Origin: the human T2T-CHM13v2.0 reference genome, Homo sapiens
Assembly: GCF_009914755.1 (NCBI RefSeq)
Contig: NC_060940.1
Direction: 5' to 3' (one strand)
Length of the DNA stretch: 64,000 bases
The translations under genes and the position numbers were made by a program. The notes under the pieces are model-generated. The model searched no databases and was not told the DNA's origin. It saw nothing but the letters and a program-made list of their open reading frames with translations. Positions 56,338 to 64,000 of the stretch are shown here, in pieces. How positions within the stretch are numbered: the stretch's first letter is position 1; each line of letters starts with the position of its first letter.

Positions 56338-57354
56338 ATGGGAAAAAAACAGAGCAGAAAAACTGGAAACTCTAAAAAGCAGAGCCCCTCTCCTCCTCCA
56401 AAGGAACGCAGTTCCTCACCAGCAACGGAACAAAGCTGGACAGAGAATGACTTTGACGAGTTGAGAGAAGAAGGCTTCAGAGGATCAAACTACTCCGAGC
56501 TACAGGAGGAAATTCAAACCAAAGGCAAAGAAGTTAAAAACTTTGAAAAAAATTTAGATGAATGTATAACTAGAATAACCAATACAGAGAAGTGCTTAAA
56601 GGAGCTGATGGAGCTGAAAGCCAAGGCTCGAGAACTACGTGAAGAATGCAGAAGCCTCAGGAGCCGATATGATCAACTGGAAGAAAGGGTATCAGCGATG
56701 GAAGATGAAATGAATGAAATGAAGCGAGAAGGGAAGTTTAGAGAAAAAAGAATAAAAAGAAACGAACAAAGCCTCCAAGAAATATGGGACTATGTGAAAA
56801 GACCAAATCTACGTCTGATTGGTGTACCTGAAAGTGACAGGGAGAATGGAACCAAGTTGGAAAACACTCTGCAAGATACTATCCAGGAGAACTTCCCCAA
56901 TCTAGCAAGGCAGGCCAACATTCAGATTCAGGAAATACAGAGAATGCCACAAAGATACTCCTCGAGAAGAGCAACTCCAAGACACATAATTGTCAGATTC
57001 ACCAAAGTTGAAATGAAGGAAAAAATGTTAAGGGCAGCCAGAGAGAAAGGTCAGCTTACCCACAAAGGGAAGCCCATCAGACTAACAGCGGATCTCTCGG
57101 CAGAAACTCTACAAGCCAGAGGAGAGTGGGGGCCAATATTCAACATTCTTAAAGAAAAGAATTTTCAACCTAGAATTTCATATCCAGCCAAACTAAGCTT
57201 CATAAGTGAAGGAGAAATAAAATACTTTACAGACAAGCAAATGCTGAGAGATTTTGTCACCACCAGGCCTGCCCTAAAAGAGCTCCTGAAGGAAGCACTA
57301 AACGTGGAAAGGAACAACTGGTACCAGCCACTGCAAAATCATGCCAAATTGTAA
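56338..57354 (+). CDS. ORF1: LINE-1 ORF1p (p40), full-length 338-aa open frame
   Basis: MGKKQSRKTGNSK.., coiled coil, RRM (RPNLRLIGVPE), REKG, YPAKLS; no stops or frameshifts. Confidence 0.95.
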   Translation: MGKKQSRKTGNSKKQSPSPPPKERSSSPATEQSWTENDFDELREEGFRGSNYSELQEEIQTKGKEVKNFEKNLDECITRITNTEKCLKELMELKAKARELREECRSLRSRYDQLEERVSAMEDEMNEMKREGKFREKRIKRNEQSLQEIWDYVKRPNLRLIGVPESDRENGTKLENTLQDTIQENFPNLARQANIQIQEIQRMPQRYSSRRATPRHIIVRFTKVEMKEKMLRAAREKGQLTHKGKPIRLTADLSAETLQARGEWGPIFNILKEKNFQPRISYPAKLSFISEGEIKYFTDKQMLRDFVTTRPALKELLKEALNVERNNWYQPLQNHAKL

Positions 57355-57417
57355 AGACCATCGAGGCTAGGAAGAAACTGCATCAACTAACGAGCAAAAT
57401 AACCAGCTAACATCATA

Positions 57418-57990
57418 ATGACAGGATGAAATTCACACATAACAATATTAACTTTAAATGTAAATGGACTAAATGCTCCAATTAAAAGACACAGACTGGC
57501 AAATTGGATAAAGAGTCAAGACCCATCAGTGTGCTGTATTCAGGAAACCCATCTCATGTGCAGAGACACACATAGGCTCAAAATAAAGGGATGGAGGAAG
57601 ATCTACGAAGCAAATGGAAAACAAAAAAAGGCAGGGGTTGCAATCCTAGTCTCTGCTAAAACAGACTTTAAACCAACAAAGATCAAAAGAGACAAAGAAG
57701 GCCATTACATAATGGTAAAGGGATCAATTCAACAAGAACAGCTAACTATCCTAAATATATATGCACCCGATACAGGAGCACCCAGATTCATAAAGCAAGC
57801 CCTGAGTGACCTACAAAGAGACTTAGACTCCCACACATTAATAATGGGAGACTTTAACACCCCACTGTCAACATTAGACAGATCCACCAGACAGAAAGTT
57901 AACAAGGACACCCAGGAATTGAACTCAGCTCTGCACCAAGCGGACCTAATAGACATCTACAGAACTCTCCACCCCAAATCAACAGAATAA
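57418..57990 (+). pseudogene. ORF2: LINE-1 ORF2 endonuclease remnant (nonsense at codon 4, truncated at ~190)
   Basis: ATG ACA GGA TGA (consensus TCA); IQETH and MGDFNTPL motifs; ends ..HPKSTE* at the junction. Confidence 0.93.
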
Positions 57991-59145
57991 AATCTACTAG
58001 GAGTATAATAAGAAGTAGTTTGTGTAGGGGTTGATTGGGATCCTTCTTTCATGGCCTTAAGCAAATTTCAGAGACTGAGGGGACAGTTGCCACTAGAGAG
58101 TAGGATGAACTTTAATCAGAGAGAAGAAAAATGATGGTCCAGTAGTTGGAACACAAGTGTGGATTCCCTCATCACAACTAATAGGCTGTGGGTAAATGAT
58201 TGGTCCGCACTGGAGAGGAGTTGAATAAGAACCTCATTTCTGTTAAAATAGAAGACAGAGAAAGCCATTTGTGAAATTTAGAGGTTGAGGAGGATTTAGA
58301 ATATAAGACTTAGAGTTACAGAAAAAAGAGTTAGGGAAGAAAAGCAGAGTTATAGAAGAAAATAATTTACTGGGAAGGTTACCCTGTTTGATGACTAAGA
58401 ATTACTGTGATGAAAGGGATCACAGAAAATGATTAACTTTCAACCTCTTAAAGTATTTTGCTGTCAAACTGACTTAGGCTCAGGTTCAAGGTCCTAGGTA
58501 GTAATTTTGGTTTGGTCTCAGAGAACTCTGTAACAAAGTTTATAGCAGGCTGATGGGTTTCCTGTCCTTGATGATAGTTATCTTTCAGCATAAAGAGCAA
58601 CATCAGTGGCCCTGGTTAGGAAATTTTGGAGAGTGACTGATTCTGAACAAGTCTTAAGCTGTTTGGAGCAGCTCCATGAAAACTTCTCAGAGATATTTGA
58701 AACAATGCAGTGGCTTTTTCACAAAGAACAGCATACACATGGAAGAAAAAAAGAATTCAGTGAGACTCACCAACATTTTCTGACTCTTGTAATATATAAA
58801 CACATCTTTGTGAATGGAGAAATAGTGAATTGACATCATTAAGATATTATCAAGTAGATTCGCCAGTATTTTGTCATCAAGTGAAGATACATGGGAAAAC
58901 ACCATATGAAGGGTTGCAGGTCAGCTGTTTCTTTGCTCTCAGATTCATTGCCTTCCTTTCCCTTGCTTTATTTTTTTGCCACAGGTTAGTGCATTTACTT
59001 TGCTTCCTGGCCTCCAATTGGGTTTGGGCTGTGGGAGGCACTGGCAGAATACTGGAGAGCAGGAGAAGGGGACAACTGGGATGTCTTTCCTTCCTTTCTG
59101 TTTCTGATGTCATCTGCATGAGGGACTGGGTCTCCTCTTTGGTTC

Positions 59146-60051
59146 TGATATAGGAGTTAAGAAGAACTTACTTAGGCAGATAAGGCACGGGAGTCCTCAG
59201 TAAGGTTTTCCTTTTAATAAAAAGCAGCCCCCAAGTAATTTTCTTTTCTAACAAAGAGCAGCTTGTTAAATTGAGCTGCAGACATAGACAAGCAAGCTGG
59301 AAACTTGCACAGGCAAATGCCGGCAGTTGTGCCAATAGGAAAAGCCTAACTGGGAACAGGCATGTTAAAAATCATGGCTCTGGCCGGGCACAGTGGCTCA
59401 TGCTTGTAGTCCCAGCACTTTGGGGGGCCGAAGCCGGTGGATCACTAGGTCAGGAGTTCGAGACCAGCCTGGCCAACATGGTGAAACCTTGTCTCTACTA
59501 AAAACACAAAAATTAGCTGGATGTGGTGGCGCATGCCTGTAATCCCAGCTACTCAGGAGGCTGAGGCAGGAGAATGGCTTGAACCCGGGAGGTGGAGCCA
59601 AGTTGGCAACAATGCACTCCAGCCTGAGTGACAGAGCGAGACTCTGTCTCAAAAAAAAAGGCAGCTCCATCTTCTCTTTGCCAGCACATGTACAGTAAGG
59701 AGCAGATAAGATGGTGCTGGCCAAGTAGAAAGCCTATTTGCATAATAATAAGATTAGGGTAGGTGCACTATGTAAACTCACACCTGATTGAACCAATCTG
59801 TGGGCCCTATGTAAATCAGACACCACCTCCTCAAGCCTGCCTATAAAATCTACTGTGATCCCTTGCAGGTGGGCTTTTTCCTTTCCGATGCCTCTCTCTT
59901 GCGACAGAGACAGAGAACGGCTGTCCTCTTTCCTTTCTTCAGCCTATTAAGCTTTCCGCTCCTTAACCCATCCACATGTGTCAGCGTCGTTATCTTCTTG
60001 GTCCGAGATGACAGACCCCAGGTGTTTACCCCAGACAATGATGCTGCTTCA
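59146..60051 (+). mobile_element. ERV1 solo LTR (LTR9B/MER61-like) with nested Alu
   Basis: TGATATAGGAGTTAAGAAG...GATGCTGCTTCA; TATAAAA; 4-bp TSD GTTC at 59142-59145 and 60052-60055. Confidence 0.85.
59382..59659 (+). mobile_element. AluSg-like with small right-arm deletion
   Basis: GGTGGAG joins CCAAG, with the GTTGCAGTGAG segment missing. Confidence 0.93.
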
Positions 60052-60089
60052 GTTCCATCTCCCACTGGAAAAACCTTCCCTCTATGGTA

Positions 60090-60807
60090 CCATAGTTTCC
60101 CCTTATCCATGGCGAATACGTTCTGACACCCTCAGTGGATATGTGAAACTATGAGTAGTACTGAACCCAATTGCTGTCAATTGAATATATTTCTTCCACT
60201 AACACATTTAATGTCTTTTCTATCTTAACTAAGCACTTATCACACACTGTGGCCATAAGTTTTGCATTTTGAGGTGCAACAGCAAAACTAACACAAATTT
60301 TTCTTTTCTTCTTCAAAATTTTATGGCTAGAAGTTTCATTCTTAGTGTGAACATTGGAAACCTCAGCATAGATATTTTTTTCCTTTTCTTAAGAACTTTC
60401 ACCTTTTCACTTAAAGGAAGCACTTTACAACTTCTCTTCCGCATATCCAAATTACCAGCATCGCTACTCTTGCGATTTGGGCCCATTATTATGTAAAACA
60501 AAGGTTAATTGAACAAGTGCACTGCTATACCAACAGGCTATCTGATAACCCAGAGGGCTCCCTAAGTGACTAACAGGAAAGTAGCACAGACCACGTGAAT
60601 AAACGGGCAAACAAAAGGAAGATTCATGAGCTGGGTGGGATGGTAATGAACACCTTGAGAGATTTCATCACTCTGCTCAAAATGGTGCGCAATTCAAAAT
60701 TATTAAATGTTTATTCTGGAATTTTTAATTTAATATTTTCAGACTGCAGTTGACCTTGGGTAACTGAAACCACAGAAAGGAAAACCATGAATAAGGGGGG
60801 ACTAATA
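60090..60807 (-). mobile_element. MER44C/D (Tigger7 deletion derivative) retaining the transposase N-terminus
   Basis: TIRs CCCCTTATCCATGG / CCATGAATAAGGGGGGACTA; ORF 60313-60501 GPNRKSSDAGNLDMRKRSCKVLPLSEKVKVL. Confidence 0.85.
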
Positions 60808-62486
60808 TACTGATACCTTTGCTATAGTTTTCACTCCCGGGATGTGCTTGGCTTCTAGGTTCTAAATCACCAATTCCTCCTGTCATTGCACAACCCTGGT
60901 GTGACCGCACCTTCCTGCTCTTGCTAATCTCTGGGTCACCTCGCCATTATCTTCGGCTCTTTATTTTTTCTAACACCTAAATAACCAATTTCTTTGAATG
61001 CAGTTCCTCCGTTTGAAAGACATAGAAAGATTTCTTATTTATTTTCTTTTTTTTTCCTGACATAGCCTCACTGTTCCAGAGGGCAAAGATTCCATTAAAA
61101 AAAGATTAAACAAAGATAAAGAATAACAGGAGAAGCAAATTTGAAGTAAAAAACACAAATAAAACAAAACAAGATTATTGGAACAAAATGCCTCGATTGC
61201 AATTTTCCATGGTGAGGTATGGGAGCAGGTGAGTGGTGGATGTAGGTTAAAGCCCTTTCCTGAAATGGCTTTGGTGACTTGTGTATTTCCAGATGCATAA
61301 GCCTCTTACAATCACCTCCCTTTCTTTAATTAAAAAGAAATTAGACCTTTAAAACCTCGTATAAGTAAAGTTAGTTTAGTTCAAGTGCACACAAGTTTTT
61401 ACCATGCGTTTGCTAATTTGTTTAGGCCATTTTTTTTTTTTTTTTTTTTGGCAGGGACTATAGGCTTTTGGAAACTGGAGGTAACCCTGGTTTTTGAGGC
61501 AACCTTCTCTGTATCTGGAAGTCTTTATTTGAGGTTTTTAAATCTCAGCATCTGCTCATAACCTTCAGAAGTGAGCCTTTTTTGATGAGTGCTCTAGGAA
61601 AATAAAGACAATTCACAATGCGGTTGAAAATAATGACTTGATGTCAAAGAATACAGGGACAATGACAATTGCCTTGGACGCTCAGAACAGCTTTTTACTG
61701 CTCCCTAATACCGTCTGGAGTTTCCTGGGTGATTGTCTTCCATTCTGTGCCATTAGCCTTCTGCTTTAAGTAGTGGCAGTGGGTATTTTACAGGAAGAGA
61801 GACTCCCTGATGGGAACAAGCAAACACTAGATTTTCATACAGGGACAGAATACTGATGCTGTGATACTTTATAAAACCATTAAGCATCATCCCTGGCTGC
61901 TACGACTCAGACTGAATCAGCAGTCCCTGCATCTAACACCAGAAGGTGACAGAAATACCATGGAACGTGTAGATTCTGAACGCAGGCAGTGAAGGTTATT
62001 CAACAAGCAAAGTTTAGTTAGTACCTTGGATTCTATAGTCACATGTTTGGAAGTCAAAATTGCTGAAACTCTCTATTAGCCTCTGAAGATCTAATGACTA
62101 CATATTTTCCCCCCACAATTAATACTTTAGAATAAAAAAAATCAGAAAGGTGGCTAACAAATCTAATCCCTTTTTAGTCCGAATTAATAAGCTTTTACGG
62201 TATTAGGAACTTATGATACAAAAATCATTTTATAAGCTACTAAGTTCTAATCTGCTTGAAAGTAGAATCTCTTCCTATCCTTACTCTAGCCTCTTTCTTC
62301 TTCTAATGCTCTGCCTGTAACAAATCTCCAGCCGGCAACCTCCTCCTGTTTCAGCTTAGCTGGCCCCCTCCTGACACAGTCATTTTAATTTCCATCTAAT
62401 AGTTTCCCAAATTTCTTCTCATGCCTCAGCTACATTCTTTACTAGTGCTTTGGCTGGTTATATTTTCATACAAATTAATACTGTGA

Positions 62487-62748
<262 letters not shown>

Positions 62749-62879
62749 GAGTCTCTATTTTTTAAAACAACACTCAAATGACTCATTATCAGGTCATTTG
62801 TATATACTTCACAGATTATCTATTTGGGGGTATTTTAAGTGTGTGTTTGCCTAACTGGCCCCCGTGCAGTCTCCCCATA

Positions 62880-63020
62880 AGTCTTTGGATTAAATGAAAA
62901 ATCATTCATTTCTGTATCTCCAGTGCCCTATACAATGTCTGACAGGTAGTAAAGGTTCAATCACGATTTTGTTTTGTTTTAAGCAAATATTTGTTGAGTA
63001 AATAGACGATGGATGGGCAG
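62880..63020 (+). mobile_element. L2 3' end fragment
   Basis: TTCATTTCTGTATCTCCAGTGCCC..CAATGTCTGACAGGTAGT..AAATATTTGTTGAGTAAAT. Confidence 0.65.
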
Positions 63021-63699
63021 AGGAAAGACTTGGCTTTTAATAAAAGAGGATTGTTGGGAAATTTAATGATTCAGGAAAGGACCGTCTATCTTTCACAATG
63101 CCACCAGTGATTTTTCTAAGGCAGTTTCACAGTCTTTTATCCAAACTTCTTTGGAGTAGTTGTAATTTAGGCTTCAGAACTTAGAAGATGGGGGCAGTTT
63201 TAGAAAGGTAATATGAAACATATATGTGTTATATAGTATGGATCAGCAAGAGTAGGATAATGTCCCAAAATCAAATAAATTAACATTTCTGTATTAAAAG
63301 AGATAAACACTAACAATAAATAAAAATTTAAAATAGGCTTATATCAATTCAAGTGCAGCTTTGTAGGCAAACGAGTTTACTGTGAATTTATGGAAAAACA
63401 AACAAACAGACAAAAACCATCTGTTTTGAGAGCCTCTTGAATTTTGGAATTGTGGGTAAGAGAGCACCTGAGAGCACACTCGATCATCTAAGAAATTTTC
63501 CATTGCTTATTGCAGAAGTTGCAAACTGTTGGCCTGGATCTGAAATCGTGTGCACAGACATGGTTTTCTTTGCCCTATATAAAGAGAGAGTCTTGTGTTT
63601 AAATAAATAAGTAAATAAATAGTAGGTAAAGTTGGAAAATTAGAAAATTTCATGTTAAAAAATTATACTTTGAAAATTTCAAGTGTTTAACAATAGATC

Positions 63700-63865
63700 T
63701 TAATCCAATTCCTGAGCAATTTAATTAACTTTGTTAGTATTAGTTTCCTCATCAAAACAATAAGAATGGTAATAGCTTTCATGTAGGTTCTTTTTGAAGA
63801 TTAATTGAGAAAAGCACACTGAAATTTTAGTGGAGTCTAATTATTCAACAATGGTTACTGTTGTT
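63700..63865 (+). mobile_element. MIR
   Basis: TAGTTTCCTCATC..AATGGTAATAG..GAAGATTAATTGAGA. Confidence 0.6.
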
Positions 63866-64000
63866 TCATTATTGTTGTTTAAGTGAAGTCTTTAGTCAGT
63901 TTCCCATCTTGTTTTATGTCACAGACTTTACGTAAGTTATAATTTTTGTATGACTCTTGGCTTAAACTGTAGATGTGTTGGAGCATGTGAGAAAAATGCG

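Larger units (their letters stand above)
55301..57989 (+). mobile_element. L1PA3/PA4-age LINE-1: full 5'UTR, ORF1 and first ~190 codons of ORF2; 3'-truncated and tailless
   Basis: GCCAAGATGGCCGAATAGGAACAGCTC start; similarity ends at AAATCAACAGAATA; TAAAATCTA at both 55292-55300 and 57988-57996. Confidence 0.97.

Noticed and set aside
57529-57990. 153-aa ORF as a functional L1 endonuclease
   Set aside because: It starts at GTG downstream of the codon-4 stop, lacks the N-terminal catalytic Asn, and ends before D205 and H230.
61705-61725. TAATACCGTCTGG resembling miR-429/miR-200
   Set aside because: Seed mismatch, divergent 3' half, and no precursor hairpin.

Overview
Primate (hominoid, most likely human) non-coding genomic DNA, AT-rich and dominated by interspersed repeats: about 17 Alus, L1 fragments of many ages, at least 12 solo LTRs, MIR/L2 relics, hAT and Tigger MITEs, and microsatellites. 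I cannot support any host protein-coding exon or RNA gene. Nearly every ORF in the track is repeat-derived. Repeat subfamily names come from my recall of consensus sequences, not from a search. The most unusual object is an L1PA3/PA4-age element at 55301-57989. It has a complete 5'UTR promoter and an open 338-aa ORF1. ORF2 is stopped at codon 4 and cut off inside the endonuclease domain. There is no poly(A) tail, yet a 9-bp target-site duplication (TSD) flanks it. The 3' junction creates an AATAAA followed by a GU-rich tract. The antisense ORF0 is open for 166 aa and runs out into flanking DNA. Together this looks like a candidate self-contained ORF1+ORF0-only unit (inference). Also notable: an 18-bp VNTR with 54-bp higher-order structure that forms a minus-strand array of 5' splice-site motifs downstream of an LTR12 promoter, and an AluY with no TSD sitting where ~0.5 kb of an L1MA is missing.
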